From NCBI GenBank assembly GCA_048939015.1, contig JBHLPW010000044.1, forward strand, positions 1 through 45,649: a stretch of DNA of 45,649 nt, given 5' to 3'. Below the pieces are notes generated by a model that was given only the letters and a program-made list of their open reading frames with translations, was not told the DNA's origin and made no database searches. Both the position numbers and the translations under genes were made by a program. Positions within the stretch are counted from its first letter, which is position 1; each line of letters starts with the position of its first letter. Origin of the DNA: Promethearchaeota archaeon. Lineage in GTDB: Archaea > Asgardarchaeota > Lokiarchaeia > Sigyniarchaeales > SOKP01. Positions 28,535-38,079 of this stretch are shown here, one piece after another.

Positions 28535-31231
28535 TTATTCTGTTGGAGTTTCCTCCATGTCTGTTTTTTCTTTTGAAGCCTTATCTTGTTTGGTTTTCTC
28601 CTTTTTAACTTTTTCTTTTGGTGGTTTCTCTGATTTTATTTTTTCTGTTTTTGGTTTTCTTTTTGTGAGTTTTTCTAATGAAATTTTTCCTTGCTTAACA
28701 AGTACTCCTAAAATTACTCCTGCTGCTGCTATTCCTCCAATGACAGAAACTATAATAATAATTGTGGTAATATCTGGACCTGTTCCTCCTCTTGGAGTTC
28801 TTTTTATAATTATAACATTTTCAGAATCAATATTTCCTACAGTGTCATTAGCATAAAATGTAAGGAGAACATCTCCATCCACTTGAATATCCCATACGGT
28901 TTGATCAACAACCCCATCCCCAGCAAATATAAATTTGGTGGCGCTGTTATTCACCGTATACCACATTGTATCTAAATGTGGATCCGTTATATCAACTGAG
29001 AAACTTGGAGCATCAATACCAAATACTTCATTTGCAGTAGGGCTATTGATATTAATAATGGGTGCAGAGGCATCTTTTTGAATATTTACATGCTCGAAAT
29101 TAATATCCCCTAAGGTATTGTTAGCATAGAATATTAGAGTTATTACTCCATCTGGTAATGCATCCCACACCGCTTCGTTAATAGTCTCATTAGCAGTAAA
29201 AGTGAAATTATTTATTCCTCCATCGATCGTATACCATGTGACATTTAAAAAGGCACAATTAATCTTAACTAAAAAATTTGGAGCATCAAATCCAAAAATC
29301 TGATTCTCTAGTGGGTTTATGATATCGATAAAAATTGCATAAATATCCTTTGTAATATTAACATCTTCAAAGTTTATATTTCCTACTGTATCATTTGCAT
29401 AAAATCTAATAGTATAGTTTCCATTGAATATCGCACTCCACTCCGTTGGATTAACAATTCCATTATCTGTAAAAGTAATATTTAGTGATTGATGAGAGCT
29501 GTTATATATTGAATACCACATAGTATCCAAATTCAGATCAGTAATTTCTACGACGAAATTTGGGGGAACTAATCCACAAATTTGGTTCTTAGTAGGGCTT
29601 ATAACATTGATGACTGGCCCCGTAGTATCCTTTATTACATTTACATCTTTATAATTGATTTCCCCTATAGTATTGTTAGCATAAAATCGAATAGGTACTA
29701 ATCCATCTGAAAACGAGCTCCATGCAGTTTGATTAATAGTTCCGTTTGCTATAAATATATATTTGTATGGTGCGCCAGCTAGAGTATACCATGTTGTATT
29801 TAAAAAGGCACATTGAATTTCAATAATAAAATCTGGAGCACTAAAAGCAAAAATTTCATTCTCTACTGGATTTATAATTTTTATTACAATTGCGTATATA
29901 TCTTTTATGATATTTACTTCCTCAAAATTCAAATTTCCTAGCGTATCGTTAGCATAAAATCTAATTGTATATGCTCCATCTGATAACTTACTCCATTCTG
30001 TTGTGTCAATAGTTCCGTTGTCGGTAAATGTAATATTTAATGAATGATCAGTACTGTTATATATCGAATACCACATGGTATCCAAATTTGGATCATTAAT
30101 TTCTACCACAAAACTGGGGGGATCAATCCCAAATTCTTTATCTTCGGTTGGGCTTATGATATTGATGTTTGGTACTTTTGTATCCTTAATCACATTTACT
30201 TGCTCATAATTAATATCACCAAGCGTATTGTTAGCATAGAATCTGATAGTAACTTTTCCATCTGATCGCGCATCCCATGCCCCTTGGTTTATAGTGTCAT
30301 TTATAATAAATGTATAATTGTTCAATCCTCCATCTATGGTATACCATTTAGTCTGTAAATTAGGATCAACAATTTCTACAGTAAAATTTGGAGCATCTAC
30401 CCCAAAAACCTCGTTTTCAATAGGGTTGATAATAGTGATAAATGGCCCTTTCATGTTTATCGCAACAGTAGCAGCATACCAACCCTCATTAGTAGGCATT
30501 GTCCAAGTTCTAGTCGGGGTTGCCCCTTGATTTTTTTGCACTTCATAGTATATTCCAGCACTACATGGATCTGAAATACCCGTGGAATTTTTCGCATATA
30601 AAACTGTAGGTCCGGATTCAAGAGTAGACCCATAATCATCTCCAGGATCATTATCATCAAGTCCATGAAATCCTATAATTAAAGTGTTATCTTTTGTAGT
30701 AGTAACAGAAGGATTAATAATATCACCATTTCCCGTATCTGAAGCTGTTGTTTGAATCGGATCAGTCTCATTATATCCTGTAATTCTGATAATTCCTGCA
30801 ACATAACCTTCTTCACCCGTCCAACTAACATTATAACTTAATGGTTCTATAGCTCCAACGATTTTATACCATGATGCTGTTGTTTGTTGTCCACTCATAG
30901 TTTCTGGCAGAAGAATAGTCCACCCTACTGGGCCAGTCAGTGAACTTCCTTGACCATCTGTTGTACAATGTAAAATCAATAAATTATCTTCTTTCGTTCC
31001 AGAAGGTTTATTAATTATAGCAATAGTACCACTCCCTTGCGATATTTCCCAATCTGATTCAACTCTCGCTAAACCAAAATAATTGTTATTTTTCTCATTT
31101 GATAAGTTTAAATCAGTATTATGCTGGAAATTTAATGAAAAATTTATCAATTGGATGAAATTGAAGATGAAAGATAAAGTTATTAGAAAAATTTTTATTT
31201 GTTTTTTTTTTAAAATTTTATTCAAGGACAT
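28535..31231 (-). CDS. Membrane-anchored cell-surface glycoprotein with six Ig-like repeats
   Basis: N-terminal hydrophobic signal, a unique beta-rich head domain, six ~93-aa repeats, C-terminal TM (ITTIIIIVSVIGGIAAAGVILGVLV) and a Lys/Glu-rich tail. ATG 31231 follows SD GAGGAG; the ORF track uses GTG 31237. Confidence 0.88.
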   Translation of the reverse strand: MSLNKILKKKQIKIFLITLSFIFNFIQLINFSLNFQHNTDLNLSNEKNNNYFGLARVESDWEISQGSGTIAIINKPSGTKEDNLLILHCTTDGQGSSLTGPVGWTILLPETMSGQQTTASWYKIVGAIEPLSYNVSWTGEEGYVAGIIRITGYNETDPIQTTASDTGNGDIINPSVTTTKDNTLIIGFHGLDDNDPGDDYGSTLESGPTVLYAKNSTGISDPCSAGIYYEVQKNQGATPTRTWTMPTNEGWYAATVAINMKGPFITIINPIENEVFGVDAPNFTVEIVDPNLQTKWYTIDGGLNNYTFIINDTINQGAWDARSDGKVTIRFYANNTLGDINYEQVNVIKDTKVPNINIISPTEDKEFGIDPPSFVVEINDPNLDTMWYSIYNSTDHSLNITFTDNGTIDTTEWSKLSDGAYTIRFYANDTLGNLNFEEVNIIKDIYAIVIKIINPVENEIFAFSAPDFIIEIQCAFLNTTWYTLAGAPYKYIFIANGTINQTAWSSFSDGLVPIRFYANNTIGEINYKDVNVIKDTTGPVINVISPTKNQICGLVPPNFVVEITDLNLDTMWYSIYNSSHQSLNITFTDNGIVNPTEWSAIFNGNYTIRFYANDTVGNINFEDVNITKDIYAIFIDIINPLENQIFGFDAPNFLVKINCAFLNVTWYTIDGGINNFTFTANETINEAVWDALPDGVITLIFYANNTLGDINFEHVNIQKDASAPIININSPTANEVFGIDAPSFSVDITDPHLDTMWYTVNNSATKFIFAGDGVVDQTVWDIQVDGDVLLTFYANDTVGNIDSENVIIIKRTPRGGTGPDITTIIIIVSVIGGIAAAGVILGVLVKQGKISLEKLTKRKPKTEKIKSEKPPKEKVKKEKTKQDKASKEKTDMEETPTE
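28800..30448 (-). repeat. Intragenic tandem repeats, 6 x ~280 bp
   Basis: Each unit reads I-x-I-I-x-P..F...AP-x-F...WY...NGT...W...DG...FYAN(D/N)T-x-G-x-I-N. Near-identical DNA such as ttagcataaaat/gaat and ataccacat recurs. Confidence 0.85.
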
Positions 31232-31372
31232 CACCACTCCTCGATTTATAACAATAAACTAGATATTTATCTATTTAAATTTGACAATTTTTTCATAAAT
31301 AAGAGTCCAGAATTAAGAAATAAAACGTCAACAAAAATCTATAAGATATAATTTCTCTTCTAAGCTAAATCT

Positions 31373-32212
31373 TCATGTGTTTTTTAAAAAATTAATAATA
31401 ATATTATTGACTTCTATAGCTCTTGTTTTTGGAGACTCATGACCTGCTTTTTCAATGATTTTAAGTATACTATTAGCAATTCTTTTATGTATCTCTTCTG
31501 CATTACTCTTTGAGCAAACCCTATCATGTAAAGCAGCTAATATTAACGTGGGATTCTTTATTTCATGCAATCTCTCTAAGGTATTGAATCCCTTCAAAGC
31601 TTCTATTTGGAGTTCAATATCGCGCGGAGTTGGCATAAGTATTGTACTTTCCCTTATTTCATCTTCAGCGGACCAGATTCCAAAGAATTTTTTCTTTGGA
31701 TTTTCTTTTAATTCTTTGCGGTATTCGCGGTAAAACCAAATATGAGCATTATCCCAAAAGGCTTTCTCTGGATCTTTTTTGATAAGTTCTAATTGTTCTA
31801 ATCTATTTTCTTTTAGTAATTCTAGACCCATATTATCTGGAGCTCCACTGACTGTATTTACTAAAATTAATTTGTCAACATATTCTGGGTGTTGTAGAGC
31901 GAACTGTTGGGCAATAATCCCTCCCATAGAAGTCCCCAAAACGTATGTTTTTTTTATTTCAAGAAAGTCTAATAGTTCTTTAATGTCATCAGCAAGAGTT
32001 TCCATAGTATAAGGTTCATTAACTCTCTCAGTTTTTCCAGCACCTCGATTGTCATAAGTTATTACCTTAAAATGTTCGGATAATGCGGGGACTTGACATT
32101 TAAACCCTTCTTTTCTTGCACCAAATCCTTGAATTAATATAATTGGATAACCTTTACCACTTACTTCATAACAAATTTCTATTCCATTTACTTTCGCAAA
32201 AAGTTCTGTCAT
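31373..32212 (-). CDS. Alpha/beta hydrolase (esterase/lipase-like)
   Basis: IQGFG, DNRGAG, nucleophile GTSMGG, HDR acid, AGHE. Confidence 0.92.
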   Translation of the reverse strand: MTELFAKVNGIEICYEVSGKGYPIILIQGFGARKEGFKCQVPALSEHFKVITYDNRGAGKTERVNEPYTMETLADDIKELLDFLEIKKTYVLGTSMGGIIAQQFALQHPEYVDKLILVNTVSGAPDNMGLELLKENRLEQLELIKKDPEKAFWDNAHIWFYREYRKELKENPKKKFFGIWSAEDEIRESTILMPTPRDIELQIEALKGFNTLERLHEIKNPTLILAALHDRVCSKSNAEEIHKRIANSILKIIEKAGHESPKTRAIEVNNIIINFLKNT

Positions 32213-32226
32213 ATAAGGCTTTAAAA

Positions 32227-33063
32227 TTACTTTTTTAGAAAATCTATAATAGTTTCATTAACTTCTGGTGCTTTTTCTTTCGATACTCCATGTCGTGCAT
32301 CCTTTATTACCTTAAAAAGACTATTAGGAATTAATTCATGGATTTTTCTTTGTACAGAAAGTGTTGCGATTCGATCTTTTTCCCCGCAGATCAATAGAGT
32401 AGGACTTCTAATTTCATGAAGTCGATCTGTGACATTATGACCCTTTACTGCATTTGCAGCATTAATGTTATCCGCAGGAGTAGAAGGATTCGCTAAATCA
32501 ATTTGTACTAAATCTTCTACTGACCATAGACCAAAAAACTTTTTTTTAGGATTTTCTTTCATCATTTTAAAAAATTCTCGAGAATAACTTGCTTTTGCTG
32601 CGTTTAAAAATGCATTAAGTGGATTCATTTTTAATTCTTCAAAATATGCTATTTTTCCATTACTATATATCTCTGGACCTTGTTCATTAGGAAAACCAGG
32701 CCATGAATTTATTAATATAAACTTATTCACCCGTTCAGGATATTTCAAAATAAAATTTAATGCTATCATACCTCCCAATGATTCTCCTAATAAATGGGTT
32801 CTCTCTATATTGAGAAATTCCAGTAAACCATTTATATCATCAGCATACATATCCATTGTATACGGATAATTAGGTTTTGAGCTTTTACCTGCTCCTCTAT
32901 TATCAAATACAATAACTTTAAAAAATTTTGATAAAGCACCAACTTGAACAAACCAACCATCTTTAGAACCACCCCATCCATGCACTAGTATGATAGGTTC
33001 TCCTTCTCCATGTATCTCATAGCAAATTTTTATTCCATTAACTTCAGCATACATTTCTGTCAT
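32227..33063 (-). CDS. Alpha/beta hydrolase (esterase/lipase-like)
   Basis: VHGWG, DNRGAG, GESLGG, KDR, ARHG. Start set at MTEMYAEVNG by alignment with its paralogs. Confidence 0.92.
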   Translation of the reverse strand: MTEMYAEVNGIKICYEIHGEGEPIILVHGWGGSKDGWFVQVGALSKFFKVIVFDNRGAGKSSKPNYPYTMDMYADDINGLLEFLNIERTHLLGESLGGMIALNFILKYPERVNKFILINSWPGFPNEQGPEIYSNGKIAYFEELKMNPLNAFLNAAKASYSREFFKMMKENPKKKFFGLWSVEDLVQIDLANPSTPADNINAANAVKGHNVTDRLHEIRSPTLLICGEKDRIATLSVQRKIHELIPNSLFKVIKDARHGVSKEKAPEVNETIIDFLKK

Positions 33064-33103
33064 ATAGATCACTTTAATAGGCTAATATTATTTGTATTAT
33101 ACT

Positions 33104-33955
33104 TTAAGATTTTAAAAATTTTATAATATGTTGATTTATTATATGAGGATATTCTAATATTGATTGATGGCCAGCGTTCTCGATAACAATAAATTTACTT
33201 TTAGGGAGTTTTTCATGAATTCTTCGAGCAATTACCAAAGGAATTGTTCTATCCTTATCTGCGGCAATTATTAAAACTTTATTTTTAATTTCATGTAATC
33301 TTTCATAAGTATTATGTGTTTTAAGAGCTTCACCTAAGTGATAATAATCTCGTTCTGTTGGACCGTATGTAGTTTTTTCTTCTACTAAATCCTCTACCGA
33401 CCAGATATTATGAAATTTCTTTTTTGGATTCTCTTTCATTTGTTTCCAAAATTCTCTTGAATAACTTTTTTTAGCTCCATCTATAAAGAAATTTAGGGGA
33501 TCTTTCTTTAGTGCTTTATTATCTTTAATAGCTTTATTTATATAATATTCAATTCCTTGATCAGGTAGAGCTCCTGGAGGAACGATACCAGCTAATGTAT
33601 TTATTAAAACTATTTTTTTAATTCTTTTTGGATATTTTAAAACGAAATTTTGTACAATCATCCCGCCTAAACTGTGTCCGATGATATTAGTTTTTTCTAT
33701 TTTAAGATAATCCAATAAACCGTTGATGTCATCGGCAAAAAGCTCCATAGTATAAACACCATCAGGTCTATCCGATTTTCCAGCGCCTCGATTATCAATT
33801 CTTATAACTTTGAAATGTTCTGACAATTCTCCAAATTGAGCACGCCAATGTTCTTTTCTATCACCAAAACCGTGAACCAATAGAACGGGGTCTCTATCCC
33901 CTCTAATTTCATAGCAAATTTTAATTCCATTTACTTCTGCAAATAAATCCGTCAT
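33104..33955 (-). CDS. Alpha/beta hydrolase (esterase/lipase-like)
   Basis: VHGFG, DNRGAG, GHSLGG, KDR, AGHQ. Start set at MTDLFAEVNG by alignment with its paralogs. Confidence 0.92.
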   Translation of the reverse strand: MTDLFAEVNGIKICYEIRGDRDPVLLVHGFGDRKEHWRAQFGELSEHFKVIRIDNRGAGKSDRPDGVYTMELFADDINGLLDYLKIEKTNIIGHSLGGMIVQNFVLKYPKRIKKIVLINTLAGIVPPGALPDQGIEYYINKAIKDNKALKKDPLNFFIDGAKKSYSREFWKQMKENPKKKFHNIWSVEDLVEEKTTYGPTERDYYHLGEALKTHNTYERLHEIKNKVLIIAADKDRTIPLVIARRIHEKLPKSKFIVIENAGHQSILEYPHIINQHIIKFLKS

Positions 33956-34061
33956 ATCTATTAAAAAATTGGAATAATTATAAGCATTATCCAAAAATAA
34001 TTTTAAGAATAATAAAATCTTTAATTAAATATTTTTAAAATAATGAAACAATAAAAATTCT

Positions 34062-34826
34062 ATGTTTGAAGAAAAAGTATTAATTCCAAGCGCTACAGGA
34101 AGTGATCTTCATGGAATCCACTATATGGAAAGTAAACAATCAAAGAATCCATCTATTTTAATAATGTGTCATGGGTTTACAGGTGATAAATATGAACATG
34201 GTCATTTTCCTGCTTTAGCTAAAGCTTGTAATGAAATAGGGATTGATGGACTAATTTTTGATTTTACTGGGTCTGGAGAAAATGAGAGAGTACCAGTAAC
34301 ACTCTTTAAGCAGATTGCAGATGTAGAATCTGTATATAGTTGGGTTCAGAATCAAGGTTATCAAAATATCGCTGTATTAGGATTATCATTCGGAGGCCTC
34401 ACAATACTAGGAACTAATTTACCTGGAATCAAAACATATATTTTTTGGTCTCCAGTATTATTTCTCCACACTACTGATGATCAAGCTGATTGGTTCAAAG
34501 ATTTAGCCAAGGGACCTGTAGAAATTCCATCAAGTATAGAAGGAAATCCAATAATTATTGATATGACTTACATGACAGATTTTGCTAAATTACGAGTAAA
34601 AAATCATCTAAAAAAGTTTGATTATCCCGTATTAATTGTAGTTGGAAAAGCTGATGAGACAACGCCATGTGATTTAACAAGGAAAGCATTCAATTTTCTG
34701 CCAAATAAAGATGAAAACAAGTTTGTTGCTATAGAAAATGCAACTCATGACTTCGAAGGGGAGCATCTAAATGAGTTTATAAAGTATACAATCGATTGGT
34801 TGAAACTCCATTTTGATATAAATTAA
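34062..34826 (+). CDS. Alpha/beta hydrolase, different subfamily (Hydrolase_4/S9-like)
   Basis: CHGFTG, FDFTGSGE, GLSFGG, GKADET, ATHDF. Confidence 0.9.
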   Translation: MFEEKVLIPSATGSDLHGIHYMESKQSKNPSILIMCHGFTGDKYEHGHFPALAKACNEIGIDGLIFDFTGSGENERVPVTLFKQIADVESVYSWVQNQGYQNIAVLGLSFGGLTILGTNLPGIKTYIFWSPVLFLHTTDDQADWFKDLAKGPVEIPSSIEGNPIIIDMTYMTDFAKLRVKNHLKKFDYPVLIVVGKADETTPCDLTRKAFNFLPNKDENKFVAIENATHDFEGEHLNEFIKYTIDWLKLHFDIN

Positions 34827-35660
34827 TTATAAAAAGTCCAAGATAATTTGGTTTACTTCTGGAGCTTTTTCTAAGTTAACCCAATGGCTTCCCGAAATTA
34901 CCTTTAAAGTACTATTTATAATCTTTTCATGTAGCTGATCCCTTGCTGCTTTTGAAGCAAGCCTATCTTTATCTCCAGCAATTATTAAAGTCTCATTTTT
35001 AATTTCTTGCAATCTATTCAAGATTTTATGCGTGACCAAAGTATTAGTTAAATTGATAATATCTTGAGGGGTCACAGAGTTAATCTTATCACTTTCTATT
35101 AAATCATTTGCAGAGAAAATTCCATAAAATTTTCTATTTGGATCTTCCTTCATTAATTTGATGAACTCTCGAGAGAATCTTAATTTCATCTTATCATAAA
35201 AACTTTGGATAGGATCCTTGAATCTTGCTTCATAAATAGCAATCTGGTTTTCTTTATACATTTCTATGCCTTTTTCATCGAGTGGTAAATCTGGAAATGA
35301 GCATATAAGTATTATTTTATTAACATAATTAGGATATTTTAAAGTAAAATTCTGTATGACTGCGCCCCCCAAAGAGTGCCCTATGAGATGTGCTTTTTCA
35401 ATTTTTAGAAAATCCATCAACTCCTTTAAATCGTTGACTAACATGTCCATCGTGTAGGATATATTTGGTCTGTCAGATTTTCCAGAACCCCGATTATCTA
35501 TTGTTATCACTTTGAACTTCTTAGACAATTCACTGATTTGAGCAATCCAATACTCTTTTTTAGCAGCAAATCCATGCAAAAGAAATACAGGGTATCCTTC
35601 TCCATGAATTTCATAACAGACTTTTATTCCATTAACTTTTTCAGCAAAGAATTCGGTCAT
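34827..35660 (-). CDS. Alpha/beta hydrolase (esterase/lipase-like)
   Basis: LHGFA, DNRGSG, GHSLGG, KDR, GSHW. Confidence 0.92.
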   Translation of the reverse strand: MTEFFAEKVNGIKVCYEIHGEGYPVFLLHGFAAKKEYWIAQISELSKKFKVITIDNRGSGKSDRPNISYTMDMLVNDLKELMDFLKIEKAHLIGHSLGGAVIQNFTLKYPNYVNKIILICSFPDLPLDEKGIEMYKENQIAIYEARFKDPIQSFYDKMKLRFSREFIKLMKEDPNRKFYGIFSANDLIESDKINSVTPQDIINLTNTLVTHKILNRLQEIKNETLIIAGDKDRLASKAARDQLHEKIINSTLKVISGSHWVNLEKAPEVNQIILDFL

Positions 35661-35717
35661 AAAAAATAGATATTATTTAAAGATTATAACCTTATCGTAA
35701 TAAGAAGAATAATTCGA

Positions 35718-38054
35718 TTAATCTGTTTTTTCAATGATTTTTGGTGGATGTAATTTTAGAAACTCAAAATTTTCAAATATTTTTGACAATTCATCATCAG
35801 AAATTACGGTATTAAGCCTTTTATTTTCAGAATTTAAATTTAAAGCACTTCTTACAATGATCTCACCATAATAATTCTCGATTAAACTTTGAATATTATA
35901 AGATTTTTCTCCAGTTTGATATATCTTACAATCAATAAGCTGATTTTTTAACTCATGGATTAATTTAAGGGTCCATTTTCTAAATTTAGGAAATTTCTTT
36001 ATTTTTTTCAAATCAATTGAATTAAATTCTTGGTTTTTTATCAATTCAGCAATCTTTTTTGAAATGTACTTCTTAAGATCAAGCTTTAATTCTTGGAGCG
36101 AAGTTCTTTTTAAATTATCTATTCGAAAATTTTGCATTATTGTTCTTTTTGTGAAAATTTGTGAATATTGATCAAAACTAATCATCTTGAGTACTTTTTC
36201 TTTATAATTGGGTTTATTAATAATTCTCAAATACGTACTATTAAGTTCTTTAGCTATCTTATTTTGAATAAAGTCAAAAAATGATTTCTTGGAGGATTCT
36301 TTTTCAGGAAGAAAACTACTGTTATATATGTCATATATTTTTTCTATTGCATCTAATTCATCTATTCTATATTCTTTCAAATCACCAATTATTTTTAAAG
36401 GTAAATAAGAAGCAATATATTCTATTCCAGACCACACTAAGTCGATAGCAGAATTTATATTGATTCTTCTTAACGGTTTCATTATTTTTACGTTATCGCT
36501 TTTTATTGTAATTGGTTTTTTCTCACACAATAATAAATCAAAGGGTTGGATATAATGTGTTAATGAATGGCTTTTATCTGGTATTAAAAATCCGTCATTA
36601 AATTGGCATATGTAACTCCCTAATATCGGTTTTTGAGCTAAATCCCATTCAATTAATACATAATTATCTAAATCATGAAAATTAACTTTATAATCTAACT
36701 CATCAATGGATTTATTTTGAACTGTGTTCATGATTTTCGGTTCAAAATCACCCCAAAAATTTTTAACTTCATACTTTATTGGGTTATTACCTCCAAAGAT
36801 CTCAGTAAAAACAGGATAGTTTTCAATAAAGTTAGTAATTTCAGTATATTCTAAATGATGCCTTTCAAATCCACATTTTTCTAGTATATAATAATACAAA
36901 TTAGATTCTTTTTTAGATGTGGAACCCCAAATTAAAGTGGGGTAATTATATCTCTTTGTAAATTTCATGGGGTGTAGTTTATCATCATTAGTATTTGCAA
37001 TTACCAAAGATCTAAGAAAAGCATGCTTAGATTTAAGCCCTTCTATATACATTTTCCGTAATTGCTTTTTATACTCTTGAATTTTAGTATTGATAATATT
37101 GTATCTTTTAAAATTACAATTTATTGTTATTTTATTAAAAGAATCAATCACTTCTTCTGATTCTATGTTCAATATTGCCTCATTAATTAAATCTAAAATT
37201 TTTTCTTCAATTATCGTTTTTAAGTCCGTTTTGGAGCTTTTTTTAATATCTTTAAAATGATCTATAATATAGATTTTAGAATCTAATTTACATACTAATA
37301 AATATTCTAGAATTGGATTGTTAATTTGATGAAATTTGGATTTTTTTAATGTCTCAATTAAAAGGTCTTTAGGAAAATTGAGTAAAAGTCTTTGTATATT
37401 TATTATTGTGTCAACTTTCTTAGGAAAACTATAATCATTTAAATGAGAAAATGTGGAGCTTATAATTTCTGGAAAATCATTTACATATTTATCAGCTAAT
37501 TCTTTATGCTTCTCTGCATATTTTACAAAAAGATCAAATAACTCATATTTTAAAGAAATTTCTCCAATTTTAACGATAAACTCAAAATTTCTAGATTCTT
37601 CAAAAGCTTGATTTAAAAAATTAATAGCCTCAGTGAATTTCGATTCTTGGATTAATTCTTCTGCTTTAAGAACATAACTTTTTGATTTACTTTCTCTAAC
37701 TGAACTAAAATCTGATGAAAAAATAATATTATGATAATTGCTACAAATTGATTTACAAATATCAGTTTCTAATAATAAAAGAATCTTTACGACGTGTTTA
37801 CAAAATTTAAAGCCATTTCGGAAATCAGGACAATCATGTACTACTTTAAATCTCCCATTAGATTCTTGAATATTTACAACATACCTTGAAGTTCCCGAGC
37901 CTTGAATGTTTGCAATTACTTTGATCAAAGGATCCTTTTCTACACTGATATTAATAATATTTTTATTTGGAATGCTTTTTCCTCTATTTAATCTTGCTCC
38001 TCGCACATATCTTTTAAAAAAATCAGCGTTCTGAAGATTATTTTTTAGATCCAA
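35718..38054 (-). CDS. SWIM zinc-finger protein with TPR-like helices and a long uncharacterised C-terminus
   Basis: IQGSGTSRYVVNI...HDCPDF....FCKHVVKILL (SWIM, with His for the first Cys), followed by a TPR-like KAEELIQESKFTEAINFLNQA. Confidence 0.75.
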   Translation of the reverse strand: MDLKNNLQNADFFKRYVRGARLNRGKSIPNKNIINISVEKDPLIKVIANIQGSGTSRYVVNIQESNGRFKVVHDCPDFRNGFKFCKHVVKILLLLETDICKSICSNYHNIIFSSDFSSVRESKSKSYVLKAEELIQESKFTEAINFLNQAFEESRNFEFIVKIGEISLKYELFDLFVKYAEKHKELADKYVNDFPEIISSTFSHLNDYSFPKKVDTIINIQRLLLNFPKDLLIETLKKSKFHQINNPILEYLLVCKLDSKIYIIDHFKDIKKSSKTDLKTIIEEKILDLINEAILNIESEEVIDSFNKITINCNFKRYNIINTKIQEYKKQLRKMYIEGLKSKHAFLRSLVIANTNDDKLHPMKFTKRYNYPTLIWGSTSKKESNLYYYILEKCGFERHHLEYTEITNFIENYPVFTEIFGGNNPIKYEVKNFWGDFEPKIMNTVQNKSIDELDYKVNFHDLDNYVLIEWDLAQKPILGSYICQFNDGFLIPDKSHSLTHYIQPFDLLLCEKKPITIKSDNVKIMKPLRRININSAIDLVWSGIEYIASYLPLKIIGDLKEYRIDELDAIEKIYDIYNSSFLPEKESSKKSFFDFIQNKIAKELNSTYLRIINKPNYKEKVLKMISFDQYSQIFTKRTIMQNFRIDNLKRTSLQELKLDLKKYISKKIAELIKNQEFNSIDLKKIKKFPKFRKWTLKLIHELKNQLIDCKIYQTGEKSYNIQSLIENYYGEIIVRSALNLNSENKRLNTVISDDELSKIFENFEFLKLHPPKIIEKTD

Positions 38055-38079
38055 AATTACTCCCTATGTGATTTGAAAT

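Noticed and set aside
28800-30448. Repeated DNA considered as a CRISPR array or mobile repeat
   Set aside because: The units are about 280 bp, degenerate and in frame within a protein; there are no short identical repeats with spacers and no cas genes.
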